Shown here one piece after another: positions 1 to 9,202 of a stretch of DNA of 46,235 nucleotides; the stretch's first letter is position 1, and the number at the start of each line of letters is the position of its first letter. Below the pieces are notes generated by a model. It was not told the origin of the DNA, did not search any database, and was given only the letters and a program-made list of their open reading frames with translations. Made by a program: the position numbers and the translations under genes. The stretch is from Marinobacter sp. (GTDB lineage Bacteria > Pseudomonadota > Gammaproteobacteria > Pseudomonadales > Oleiphilaceae): the NCBI GenBank assembly GCA_052031745.1, contig JBPEXK010000356.1, forward strand, positions 1 through 46,235. The letters run 5' to 3'.

Positions 1-3000
1 TAGCGCTTGGCCAGCGTGTCAAAGTTGCCGCGTTGCCGGGCGGTCATATCGTTGCTGCGCTTCACGTTGATCCGGGTGCCAGCGCCAAAGGGTTTCAGGC
101 TGGCGGCCTTGCCCCCTGAGCCGGAGTGCTGTTGAGCCGCTGGTGAGTGGGAGGCCGGTGCATTGCCAATGGCGCCAGAGTGCGGTGACAGGGACGACAG
201 GAGTGCCAGCTGGCCCTGCAGGATCTGCATCTGCTGCTGTAGCAGGGCCTGAACGTCGGCTGGGCCCAGGCTCTGGTTTGGCGCCAGCGGCGCGGTGCTG
301 GCGCTCGTCGGCATGGCCATTGCTGGTTGTACCCCGGTCGCTGGCGCAGCCGTGGCGGCCGACGATGGTTGTGCTGCCTCCACCCGAGACCCTTCCACCT
401 GAACTCCCTCCAGCTCGACGCCTTGGGCAATCAGGTAATCGGCGAGCTTGTCCAGGTTGCCGCAGTCGTTCAGCAATTGCCGGAAGGTGACATTCACCTT
501 GAACTTCTTTTTCAGTTTCAAGGTGGACTGGGTCAGCAGCAGCGAATCCAAACCCAGTTCGAAGAAGCTGGCGCCAGTGTCCGCCTGGTTCAGGTCGATG
601 CCTGAAATATCTGAAAACAACGAACGCAGCTTCTCAATGATGGCGTCTTTCATGTCTGGGCCTGTCAATATCTGAGGGGTGGGTGCCGGCGCCCCGGCGC
701 TGGCCGCTGCGCTCACACTGATATCGGCGGAGGCCGAAGTCGCGGTTTGCGGCTCAATAACATGGATTCGATGCTGAAACGGGTAGTCGGGAAGTCTGAC
801 GCGCACCTCGGCGCTCGCTGGTCCACAGGGCCAGTCGATGGCCAGCCCGTGGGTCCAGGCCATGCCAAGTCCACGGGTGAACGACTCCAATTCCGTTGCT
901 TCCTTGCCGGCATCCGCCAACAGAGGCACCAGGGCCAGATCGGATTTGCTGTCCAGGTTTTGCATGGCCATGCCGCACACAGTGCCTTGCGGGCCGCACT
1001 CCAGCAGGATCAGGTTCTTCATCGCATCCAGGGTCTGGCAGCCTTGACGGAACTGGACGGGCTGGCGGATCTGCTGGGCCCAGTAGTTAAGGTCTGTGGC
1101 CTGCTCGGGCCTGATCCAGTCGCCGGTGACGCAGGATATGAACGGAAACTCCGGACGCTTCAGGGCAATGCCGTCAAGCTGGCGGACAAACTCGTCGACG
1201 GCGGGATCCATGGCCGGGGAATGGAAGGCATGGGAGGTTTTCAGCGCACGGACCTTGATGCCGTTCTGTTCCAGCACTTCGGCAACGGCGGCGATGGCCT
1301 CGTGGGGCCCTGACAGGGTACAGGCGTCGACGGTATTCTCGGCGGCAATCACCACGTTGTCCGGGAGTAAAGGCTGTAACTGCTCGACACCGGCCCGCGC
1401 CGCCAACATGGCCCCCGGGGGTTGCGCCTGCATGACCGCGCCACGGGTCATCACCACGCGCAGGGCGGTGGGTAGATCAAACACCCCGGCCATCGTGGCA
1501 GCAGCCAGCTCACCGATGCTGTGACCGATGGCGGCCTGGGGTTTTACGCCCAGCTTCAGTAGCGCCCTCGCCAGCGAGTAACCGAGACAGAACAGGCTAA
1601 TCTGGGTTTTCTGGGTGTCTTTTAAGGGATCGCCCGAGTCGAATACCAGCGCTTTGAGGTCCAGTGAGTGGTTGCTGGCGAGAATCCCCGCGCATTGATC
1701 AAAGGCCTCGCGGAACTCCGCCACGTGCCGGTAAAGCTCGCGCCCCATGCCGGTGACCTGACTGCCCTGGCCGGGGAAGGCGAACACGACGGCTGGGGTC
1801 CCGAACGCAGCGCTGGCATCCTCGGCGTCCTCCATCACGGTCATCAGCTCATGCACATTGATATGCTGGGTTACCGCCGCCCGGAAACGGAAGGCGCGCC
1901 GGTGTCGAATCAGGTTGCTCGCCAGGTCCGCACGTTCCTCTTGAGTCTGCATCCGATTCAGCAATGGCTGATAGCGGGATACTGAGGCAGCCAGCGCCTC
2001 AGGCGAGTGCGCGCTGAAGCACAGTGGGATCCAGGCCGGGGTAGTCGGGGTAACGGCCTCGGGCTGGTTTACGCCCCTGAGCACAACGTGGGCGTTGGTG
2101 CCGCCAATCCCGAACGAACTGACGCCGGCGGCCCGGGCTTGTTTTGGCAGGCTCCATTCGGACGATTCGGCGGCCACCTTGAAGGGTGTTTGCTCGAGCT
2201 TCAGTTCCGGGTTGGGGCTGGCAAAGTTGATGGACTGGGGAATCTTGCCCCGGTCGATGGACAGCGCGCACTTGATCAAGCCAACCACACCTGCCGCGGC
2301 GGTCAGGTGACCAAAGTTACTCTTCACCGAACCCAGGCGACAGAACTGCTTGTCTGGGGTGTGCTCGGAGAAGGCCTCGTTCAGCGCCGAAACCTCGATC
2401 GGATCTCCGATTGGCGTCGCGGTGCCGTGGGCCTCCAGGTAACCGATTGTCCGGGCATCAATCCGGGCATCCCGGATGGCGCCCAGGATGACCGATTTCT
2501 GACCCTGCACACTCGGGCCCGAAAAACTGCCTTTCTCAGCGCCATCGTTGTTGACCGATACGCCTGAGATCGCGGCGTACACATAGTCCCGATCCCTGAG
2601 CGCTTCATCCAGCCGCTTGAGCACCACGATACCGCCACCATCACTGAACACGGTGCCAGAGCTGTCCTTGTCGAACGGGCGAGTGTGGCCATCCCTGGTG
2701 TAAATGCTGCCTTCCTGATGGGTGTGGGGCTGTTGTTGCGGGAAGGCGATCGAAGCGGCCCCGGCGATGGCCATATCGCAGCGACCCTGGCGAATCGCTT
2801 CCACCGCTTCGGCCACGGCCACCAAAGAGGTGGAGCAGGCAGTGTGGATGCTGAGGGCCGGACCAACCAGGTTCAGCTTGTGGGCCAGCCTGGTGGCCGC
2901 GTAGTCCTTCTCGTTCGCGACCATGGCTTGGAGCGAGCCGTAGTCCTCAAGCTTGTCGGCATTCTGGAGAACGTTATTCAGGTAATAAGTGTTGTTTCCA

Positions 3001-5156
3001 ACGCCACAAAATACGCCGATCTTCCCGGCAAATTGCTCGGGATCGTAGCCGGCGTTTTCCAGCCCCTGCCAGGCCAGCTCCAGGAGCAGACGCTGTTGCG
3101 GATCAATGAACTCGGCTTCGATGGGGCTGACGCCGAAGAACCGGTCGTCGAATCCCAGGGGATCATCAAGAACGCCCCGGGCATTGACCAAGGCGTTTTC
3201 GCTGTCGGTGGGGGCGAAGAAAGTGATGCTCTCACGACCTTCGACCAGATTCTGCCAGAACGCATCCAGGTTTGAGGCGCCGGGCACCCGAAGGGACATA
3301 CCGATGATGGCAACATCCCGAGTCTGCTGATCCCTGCGCTGCTCGCCAGATCCATGAGAAGCGATGGCGTTTGGCACCGACTGCCGGGCGAGGGCGTAAT
3401 CGAGAAACTTTCCGACGTTCCGGTACTGAAACAGGGAATATACCGGGATTGAGATGCCTTGCTGTTCGAAAATAGCAGCGGCAATGCGGTTAGCGGCGAG
3501 GGAATCCATGCCCATGTTCTGGAGGTTGTCATCCTCCGCGAGCCCTTCAAGGTGAAGCTCCTTCCGGATGAGACTCACCAGGGCCTGCCGGGTATCGACA
3601 GACGCCTCCACTGTATCGGGGGTTGCGTCCGACAGCAGGGTCTCCACCATGGATTTGCGATCGATCTTTCCGGATGGCGTCTTCTGTAACTCGCTGAGCC
3701 AGTGGAATCTGGAGGGGATCATGTATGCAGGCATGGAGGCTTGCAGCGCGCCCCTGAGTCGGGTTTCCAGCTCGCCGTTCCAGGTTGGGGCGGTGACGAA
3801 TGCAATCAGTTTTTTTTGACCGTGGACTTCCTGGACCGCGGCAGCAGCCTCTTCCACCAGGCCGGTATCGAGCAACCGGGCCTCAACTTCGCTGAGTTCA
3901 ACCCGATAGCCGCTGATCTTCACCTGATTGTCGATCCGTCCATGGTAAAGAAGGTCCGAATTGCTGTCCCAACTGACCAGATCACCGGTCCGATAGGCCC
4001 TATGGCCGTCGTGATGGGGCAGGGTTACGAAGCGTTGCCCGGTTTGCTCCGGGCTGTTGATATAACCGTGGGCCAATACAGGGCCGCTGATATACAACTC
4101 ACCGACTTCGCCGGCGGGTAGCTCACGCTGTTCTTCATCAAGAATGAGCAGTTCGGCCTGATCAATTGCCTTGCCGATGGGCGGCAGCGCCGGCCAGGTG
4201 TCTGCTGGCGGATGCAGAATCTGTTCGCTTACCACGTGGGTTTCGCAGGGCCCGTACTGGTTGCTCAACGTAGCATTCGGCAGGGCATTGAAGGCCAGCC
4301 TCAGCTCTTTGCTGACCACCAATTGCTCGCCTGCGGTGATGACTTCCTTCAAGCTGGCCGGATAGCGCTTCAGCCGGTTCGCCCACATGACGAGCTGTAA
4401 CAGCGCAATGTAGGGCAGGAAAATCCGTTCGATGCCCTGCTCGTCGATGTATTCCAGCAGTTGTCGGAAATCCTGCTTCATCTCATTGGTGATGAGGTAC
4501 AGCGTGCCGCCCAAGGTCAGCGTGGAGAATATTTCCTGGAACGAGACGTCGAAGCTCAAGGCAGAGAATTGCAGGGTCCTGGGCTGAACTCCCGGGGAAT
4601 AATGGCCGTTCTGCCAGTGAATGAGATTGTCGAGGGTGCCGTGGTTCATCAGCACCCCTTTGGGTTTGCCTGTAGAACCAGACGTGTAGATCACGTAGGC
4701 GTTATCGTCCACGCCCGGGTTCGCCAATTGCGGGCTGACCTCGGGGGCCTGGTCAAGCGCGAGTTTCCGCAAGTCCAGGTGCTGTCCGACCGGGGACCGG
4801 AACGCATCGTTGTCGGTAATGGTGAGCTCAACCCCTGCGTGGCTGACCATGTAAGCGAGCCGATCGTCGGGATACAACGGGTCCAGGGGCAGGTAAGCGC
4901 AGCCGTGCCGGAGCACGGCGATCATGGCGATGATCGCAAGTTCACGATTGTGGGTGTGGATGGCAATCGGGGTGCCCCTGGCGACGCCGCAGCCTGCGAT
5001 TTCCGCCTGGATGGCTGTCGCGCGTGAACTCAGCTCCTGATAGGAGGTAGACCTGTCGGGCGAGCATAATGCGGGCAAATCGGCGCAGGCCTGAGCCGTG
5101 CGTTCGAACTGGGCCAGGAAGCCGGTTACACCTGGGGTAGACTCTCTAGCATCCAT
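1..5156 (-). CDS. Hybrid NRPS-type I PKS (A-T-KS-AT-ACP-[probable aminotransferase]); 3' end lies outside the window
   Basis: Absent from the ORF track because there is no stop in the window. Manual translation from ATG 5156 (RBS GGGAAGG): MDARESTPG...; A domain AYLPLDPLYP, AYVIYTSGSTGKPKG (~4660-4700), SFDVSFQE, NQYGPCET, GKIDRK; carrier GMDSL (Ser 3501-3503); KS VAIIGMSLRVPGA, HTACSTSL (Cys 2835-2837), HGTATPIGDPIE, KSNFGH; AT FPGQGSQ, GHSIG (Ser 1518-1520), HAFH (1221-1232); ACP FFELGLDSL (Ser 543-545); then KPFGAGTRI...LAKRY. The motifs whose positions I checked share one frame; I did not read every codon for stops. About 1718 codons lie in the window. Confidence 0.93.
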   Translation of the reverse strand, partial: MDARESTPGVTGFLAQFERTAQACADLPALCSPDRSTSYQELSSRATAIQAEIAGCGVARGTPIAIHTHNRELAIIAMIAVLRHGCAYLPLDPLYPDDRLAYMVSHAGVELTITDNDAFRSPVGQHLDLRKLALDQAPEVSPQLANPGVDDNAYVIYTSGSTGKPKGVLMNHGTLDNLIHWQNGHYSPGVQPRTLQFSALSFDVSFQEIFSTLTLGGTLYLITNEMKQDFRQLLEYIDEQGIERIFLPYIALLQLVMWANRLKRYPASLKEVITAGEQLVVSKELRLAFNALPNATLSNQYGPCETHVVSEQILHPPADTWPALPPIGKAIDQAELLILDEEQRELPAGEVGELYISGPVLAHGYINSPEQTGQRFVTLPHHDGHRAYRTGDLVSWDSNSDLLYHGRIDNQVKISGYRVELSEVEARLLDTGLVEEAAAAVQEVHGQKKLIAFVTAPTWNGELETRLRGALQASMPAYMIPSRFHWLSELQKTPSGKIDRKSMVETLLSDATPDTVEASVDTRQALVSLIRKELHLEGLAEDDNLQNMGMDSLAANRIAAAIFEQQGISIPVYSLFQYRNVGKFLDYALARQSVPNAIASHGSGEQRRDQQTRDVAIIGMSLRVPGASNLDAFWQNLVEGRESITFFAPTDSENALVNARGVLDDPLGFDDRFFGVSPIEAEFIDPQQRLLLELAWQGLENAGYDPEQFAGKIGVFCGVGNNTYYLNNVLQNADKLEDYGSLQAMVANEKDYAATRLAHKLNLVGPALSIHTACSTSLVAVAEAVEAIRQGRCDMAIAGAASIAFPQQQPHTHQEGSIYTRDGHTRPFDKDSSGTVFSDGGGIVVLKRLDEALRDRDYVYAAISGVSVNNDGAEKGSFSGPSVQGQKSVILGAIRDARIDARTIGYLEAHGTATPIGDPIEVSALNEAFSEHTPDKQFCRLGSVKSNFGHLTAAAGVVGLIKCALSIDRGKIPQSINFASPNPELKLEQTPFKVAAESSEWSLPKQARAAGVSSFGIGGTNAHVVLRGVNQPEAVTPTTPAWIPLCFSAHSPEALAASVSRYQPLLNRMQTQEERADLASNLIRHRRAFRFRAAVTQHINVHELMTVMEDAEDASAAFGTPAVVFAFPGQGSQVTGMGRELYRHVAEFREAFDQCAGILASNHSLDLKALVFDSGDPLKDTQKTQISLFCLGYSLARALLKLGVKPQAAIGHSIGELAAATMAGVFDLPTALRVVMTRGAVMQAQPPGAMLAARAGVEQLQPLLPDNVVIAAENTVDACTLSGPHEAIAAVAEVLEQNGIKVRALKTSHAFHSPAMDPAVDEFVRQLDGIALKRPEFPFISCVTGDWIRPEQATDLNYWAQQIRQPVQFRQGCQTLDAMKNLILLECGPQGTVCGMAMQNLDSKSDLALVPLLADAGKEATELESFTRGLGMAWTHGLAIDWPCGPASAEVRVRLPDYPFQHRIHVIEPQTATSASADISVSAAASAGAPAPTPQILTGPDMKDAIIEKLRSLFSDISGIDLNQADTGASFFELGLDSLLLTQSTLKLKKKFKVNVTFRQLLNDCGNLDKLADYLIAQGVELEGVQVEGSRVEAAQPSSAATAAPATGVQPAMAMPTSASTAPLAPNQSLGPADVQALLQQQMQILQGQLALLSSLSPHSGAIGNAPASHSPAAQQHSGSGGKAASLKPFGAGTRINVKRSNDMTARQRGNFDTLAKR

Positions 5157-5168
5157 CTCTGCCTTCCC

Positions 5169-5264
5169 TAGATAGAGATCTACGAACACGGCTCGGCAGA
5201 ATTCCTTGCCGAGGGTTTTCTATTTGTCGGCCAACGCACGCTGGCCCTCTGTTACATAATGTAA
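5169..5264. promoter_or_regulatory. Inverted repeats in the divergent NRPS-PKS / GNAT intergenic region
   Basis: TAGAT-agag-ATCTA (5169-5182), CTCGGCA-gaattcct-TGCCGAG (5192-5213) and TTACAT-a-ATGTAA (5252-5264). Function is inferred only. Confidence 0.35.
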
Positions 5265-5449
5265 ACTAGCATAGGCTCAGGTGTTGCGCTATCTCTGCGA
5301 AGCAAAGCTTGGTAACGGTTCAAAACCCGGGCCCAGCGCCATTCTCAGGCTGAATGGGACAGCGTCAGGGGATGTAGCAAAGCTCTTTTTTCCGTTTTCA
5401 GAAAGCTTACCTAAAATTACATCAGGATCAGATCCTGGGGCAGACTAAC

Positions 5450-6052
5450 TTGGACACAATCAGGCGCCATTTACGACCGATCAAGCGTAGCGTCGAACGC
5501 ATGATCGAGGTCAAGGCCGGCATCCTGTTGCAGCAGGCGGTTATTCACGCCAGGCAGGATGGCCAGGCCAACCGGACACTGCGTGAGGTAAACCAGTACC
5601 GAACGGGCCTGGGCTGTTCCGAGCAGGAGTTTGACCGCCGCAATCGCCAGCGCGGAGTGCTGTACGAGCTGCTGGTGGACGGGCGCCCGGTATCCTACGG
5701 TTGGGTTGCCCGGGGGGGCGCACAGGTGGGCGTTCTTCACGATTTGCACATGACAGTCCCTGAACATGCCTTCTACATCTGGGATTGCGTCACACCTCCG
5801 CAATTTCGTGGGCGCGGTTATTTCCAAAGCTTGCTAAAAGAGATGCTGGCCGCGTCTGAAAGCGGGGTCACCTTGGCCTTGGTGGCGGTGGATACCAAGA
5901 ATACGGCGTCACGGAAAGCGTTGGCCAATGCCGGTTTCCTGCCGCTGTTCAATTACCTGAGTATTCGAGTGCTTGGGCGTGTGGTGTTGGCGGTGGCCAA
6001 TCGTGGCCGCCACCTTTCCAGAGCCCAGCCAATTTTCGATGGTTTGGGGTAG
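5450..6052 (+). CDS. GNAT-family N-acetyltransferase
   Basis: Motif A YIWDCVTPPQFRGRGYF and motif B VDTKNTASRKALANAGF. Start is uncertain (TTG 5450 or ATG 5501). Confidence 0.8.
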   Translation: MDTIRRHLRPIKRSVERMIEVKAGILLQQAVIHARQDGQANRTLREVNQYRTGLGCSEQEFDRRNRQRGVLYELLVDGRPVSYGWVARGGAQVGVLHDLHMTVPEHAFYIWDCVTPPQFRGRGYFQSLLKEMLAASESGVTLALVAVDTKNTASRKALANAGFLPLFNYLSIRVLGRVVLAVANRGRHLSRAQPIFDGLG

Positions 6053-6192
6053 GTATTTCAGGCAATTGGTTGTGCTTGCAGCTTGCCAGACCTTGGCATA
6101 TCGTTAATTTGTGTCCCGCCAAATGATGCGTAACAGGAAGTCGGCATCAAGAAAGGTAAGGACCTGGTAGTTCGTTGAATAGGGAAGTCGAC

Positions 6193-7047
6193 ATGGACTT
6201 ATTTGATCTCTCTGGGCCGGATGCCATCGAAACCATTCCGTTTCCTGAAACTGCGGATGGTTTGCTTCCTTTCGTACACCAACGCAAACCTGTTCTGCTC
6301 AGCGGAGTCCGAGCGGCGCTGCCGTTTACCCGGCAATGGAATTACGAGTATTTCCGGGAATCGCTGAAATCCATCCGCATCCAAAAGAAGTCTGAGGATG
6401 GCATCTATCATTACCTGGGGTTTGAGCGGGTCCCGATGGCAGACTTCAATGAGGTCATGGAAACCACCCACAACGGCTATGCTCTGGAACCTTTGCTTGG
6501 GCACGGAGTATCTAAGGACCTGCCAGGAGATATCGCGGTCAGCTTACCCGCGTTCGTGCCGCAGGTGGGGTTCAGGGTGTCCAACCTCTACATCGGTCCC
6601 GGCCAGAACAAGTCGCTGCTGCACTACGACGAGACCCACAGTCTTTTGATGATGCTGGAGGGGCGGAAACGATTCATTTTATTTTCGCCCGACCAAAGTG
6701 ACTGTATGTACCCCTACAGTCCATTCAGTTTGAAAGCGATCAGGGAAAATAGGGTGGTCGACAGTAAAATCGATTGCCAGAACCCCGACTTCGAATCCTA
6801 CCCCAAGCTCAGCCATGCCAAAGGGATCGCCGGCTGGCTGGAAGAAGATCAGGCCCTGTTCATTCCCGCCGGCACCTGGCATTTCATTGAGGCTGAAGGA
6901 CGCAACGTTTCCGTCAACTATTTCTGGTTTCAGAATCGGTTGAGGGACTGGCTGCATCAGCCGCTGCTGGATTTCTGGCTCAAACGCCGGGCAATCGATG
7001 TACTGGATCAACTTCGAAAGGTGAAGCACAAGCTATCAGCGGCCTGA
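6193..7047 (+). CDS. JmjC/cupin-like (Cupin_8) Fe(II)/2-oxoglutarate oxygenase
   Basis: NLYIG...LLHYDE...GRKRFILFSP...LYP-like MYP...ALFIPAGTWHFIE...NVSVNYFW gives an HxD...H facial triad. ATG 6193 follows RBS AGGGAAG. Confidence 0.88.
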   Translation: MDLFDLSGPDAIETIPFPETADGLLPFVHQRKPVLLSGVRAALPFTRQWNYEYFRESLKSIRIQKKSEDGIYHYLGFERVPMADFNEVMETTHNGYALEPLLGHGVSKDLPGDIAVSLPAFVPQVGFRVSNLYIGPGQNKSLLHYDETHSLLMMLEGRKRFILFSPDQSDCMYPYSPFSLKAIRENRVVDSKIDCQNPDFESYPKLSHAKGIAGWLEEDQALFIPAGTWHFIEAEGRNVSVNYFWFQNRLRDWLHQPLLDFWLKRRAIDVLDQLRKVKHKLSAA

Positions 7048-7107
7048 GCCGCTGATAGGTCGAATGTCCGATAACAATACTGCTCGACAGTGCTCAGCGA
7101 GATTGCC

Positions 7108-7974
7108 ATGCCAAGCGTTTTTACCGATCCGATCGACTGTAAGAAGCTGGATGCTTTGCCGTTCAAGGTTAACCATAACCTGTTGGGCCACGAAGCTTTG
7201 AAGCTCGAGACTCTTACCGAAGTGCTGTGCCGGCTGCCGGAGCGACAGGTGGTCTATTCCAACGCACGACTGGATACCCGGGACAATTTCGAGAAAACCT
7301 TTCGCGCGCCGGAAAAAAGGGTATCGCTTGAGCAGACGTTGACTACCATGCTCAAGTCCGAATCGCTGATCATGGTCAATTCACCAGAAGTGGATCCGGT
7401 GTTTAAACCGGTATACGACCAAATCATGGATAGCATTCAGGCGCTGGTACCGGGCACGGGCGGGCGCAAGAAAGTGTTTATGCCCACCTTGTATCTGTTC
7501 ATTGCCTCACCAAACAGTGTCACGCCCTTTCATATCGACCGGTATTCAACTTTCCTGTTCCAGTTCAGGGGCACCAAGAAAGTGTTTGTGGCAGAACCCT
7601 GGGACAGCCAGGTTGTGTCAGACCCGGATCGCGAGGCGTATGTCTCATACGCCAGTACCCAGCTGCCCTGGAGCGCAGAGCGTGAAAAACGGTTTACCTG
7701 CTTCGACTTTCATCCCGGGGAATCCGTCCACATTCCCTTTGTTTCCGGCCATTTCGTGAGGAACGGCGCGGATGACGTTTCGATTTCCATGTCGATCATC
7801 TTTAACACCGCCCAGACCATGATGTTGCGGAGGGCGCTCAACTTCAATCACCGCGCCCGAAAACTCATGAAACCCGTGCATATGGCGCCGACGCCGGTTG
7901 GACAGGGGAGTTTTCGGGATATGAGTAAGGCCCTGCTGTGGCGATCCTGGTCCAGTCTCAGGGGGAATGCCTAG
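7108..7974 (+). CDS. Second JmjC/cupin-like oxygenase
   Basis: LFIASPNSVTPFHIDR...FQFRGTKKV...PGESVHIPFVSGHFVRN...SISMS gives HxD...H. ATG 7108 (alternative GTG 7090). Confidence 0.82.
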   Translation: MPSVFTDPIDCKKLDALPFKVNHNLLGHEALKLETLTEVLCRLPERQVVYSNARLDTRDNFEKTFRAPEKRVSLEQTLTTMLKSESLIMVNSPEVDPVFKPVYDQIMDSIQALVPGTGGRKKVFMPTLYLFIASPNSVTPFHIDRYSTFLFQFRGTKKVFVAEPWDSQVVSDPDREAYVSYASTQLPWSAEREKRFTCFDFHPGESVHIPFVSGHFVRNGADDVSISMSIIFNTAQTMMLRRALNFNHRARKLMKPVHMAPTPVGQGSFRDMSKALLWRSWSSLRGNA

Positions 7975-8062
7975 GGAGTGACCGGCAACTCTGGTTATGC
8001 AACCAGGGCAATCGGCACGTTGATCCACTGTTTTTTCTTCATGTTCAGGAACACTCGATACT

Positions 8063-9181
8063 GTGGAATTGAAAGTAGTTAGGGGGGAGGAGGAATTCCA
8101 CCACGTTAAATCGCAATGGGATGCACTGGTCACCAGTTTGACGCCAACCCCTTTACCCTTGACCCATGCCTGGTTGATGGCGTGGTGGAAAGCCTTTGCT
8201 GCCAACATGCAGATGGAGTTTCGCTGTGTGTTTGATGGCGAGAAGCTGGTGGGCATTGCGCCCCTGGTCCGGAGTCGGGAGAGTTACCGGGGTATACCGG
8301 TTACCCTGTTGAAGCTGGCTGCCAACGGGCACAGCCCGTTCTCGTCCATTGTCGTTGACGCCTCACTCACGCCCAGCCGCCGGGAAGAGGCGCTGGCTTT
8401 GATGACGGCAGTGGCGCCCCGTGAAATCGCGCTTTTCTTCAAGATTGGCCAGGACAGCGACCTGAAACGCTTTTTGCTGGACGAATCCAAGCGCGGCCAA
8501 CAGCGGGTCGGTGAGAAACCCAGCTTGCGAACCCCGGTGGTCGAGATCAATCAGGCCTGGGACGATTTTTATCGGGCCAGACCGAGAAGTCTTAAAAAGA
8601 GTCTGAATAACAAGCTCAATCGGTTTCGAAAGGACGAGGGATTTTCCATCGAGCGCGAGGCCATCACCCAAGCAGACCAGCCCATCATCGACGAGCTGGT
8701 GGCTATCTCCGCCAACAGCTGGAAAGCGAACATAGGCAACGACCTGAAGTCGAACACCCGAAGCCGCTCATTCCTGCTAAACCTGATCGAATCCTTCGGC
8801 CAGTCGGGGGCGTTGAGTGCCTGGATCGTACGGCATCGGGGCACGCCGGTAGCCTTTGAGCTGCATGTTGTCTGTGATGAGGTGGTGTACCCGATTCGGG
8901 CCGACTACGACGAGGCGTTCAAATCGTTTTCACCGGGGTCGGTGCTTGAATACTCGGCGCTTAAAAGCCTGTTTGAGCAAGGCCAATGCCGCCAGTACTA
9001 CACCTGCGCCGATGACTACTGGTATTTGAGCAACTGGACTCACAACTATCGCAATCTCTGCTCCATTGAGCTGTTCGGAGACAGTCTGAAATTGCGGCTG
9101 CTGTACTTTGCCGAATACCGGCTCATTCCCCTGATCAAACGGTTCATCCATGTGAAGCGTGCCAGCCGTCGTCCGGCCTGA
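8063..9181 (+). CDS. GNAT-family acyltransferase, CelD/BcsL-like (FemAB-related fold)
   Basis: W..L...P.LTHAWL.AWW N-terminus, LVGIAPL, WDDFY...KSL..K.NR, and ADYDEAF..FSPGSVL are typical of CelD/Acetyltransf_6 proteins in polysaccharide loci. 372 aa. Confidence 0.85.
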   Translation: MELKVVRGEEEFHHVKSQWDALVTSLTPTPLPLTHAWLMAWWKAFAANMQMEFRCVFDGEKLVGIAPLVRSRESYRGIPVTLLKLAANGHSPFSSIVVDASLTPSRREEALALMTAVAPREIALFFKIGQDSDLKRFLLDESKRGQQRVGEKPSLRTPVVEINQAWDDFYRARPRSLKKSLNNKLNRFRKDEGFSIEREAITQADQPIIDELVAISANSWKANIGNDLKSNTRSRSFLLNLIESFGQSGALSAWIVRHRGTPVAFELHVVCDEVVYPIRADYDEAFKSFSPGSVLEYSALKSLFEQGQCRQYYTCADDYWYLSNWTHNYRNLCSIELFGDSLKLRLLYFAEYRLIPLIKRFIHVKRASRRPA

Positions 9182-9202
9182 GCCTGAGGAGATAAGGAAA
9201 TT

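Noticed and set aside
95-5027. Many short ORFs listed across the first 5 kb
   Set aside because: They are antisense or off-frame to the single long NRPS-PKS reading frame.
5280-5300. ops/JUMPstart antitermination element upstream of the megasynthase
   Set aside because: The best match (GAGATAGCGC on the minus strand) is too far from GGCGGTAG.
6074-6108. TGGCA-containing sigma54-like sites before the first JmjC gene
   Set aside because: The plus-strand TTGGCATATCGTTAAT lacks the -12 GC. The GG-N10-GC match on the minus strand points antisense into the GNAT gene.
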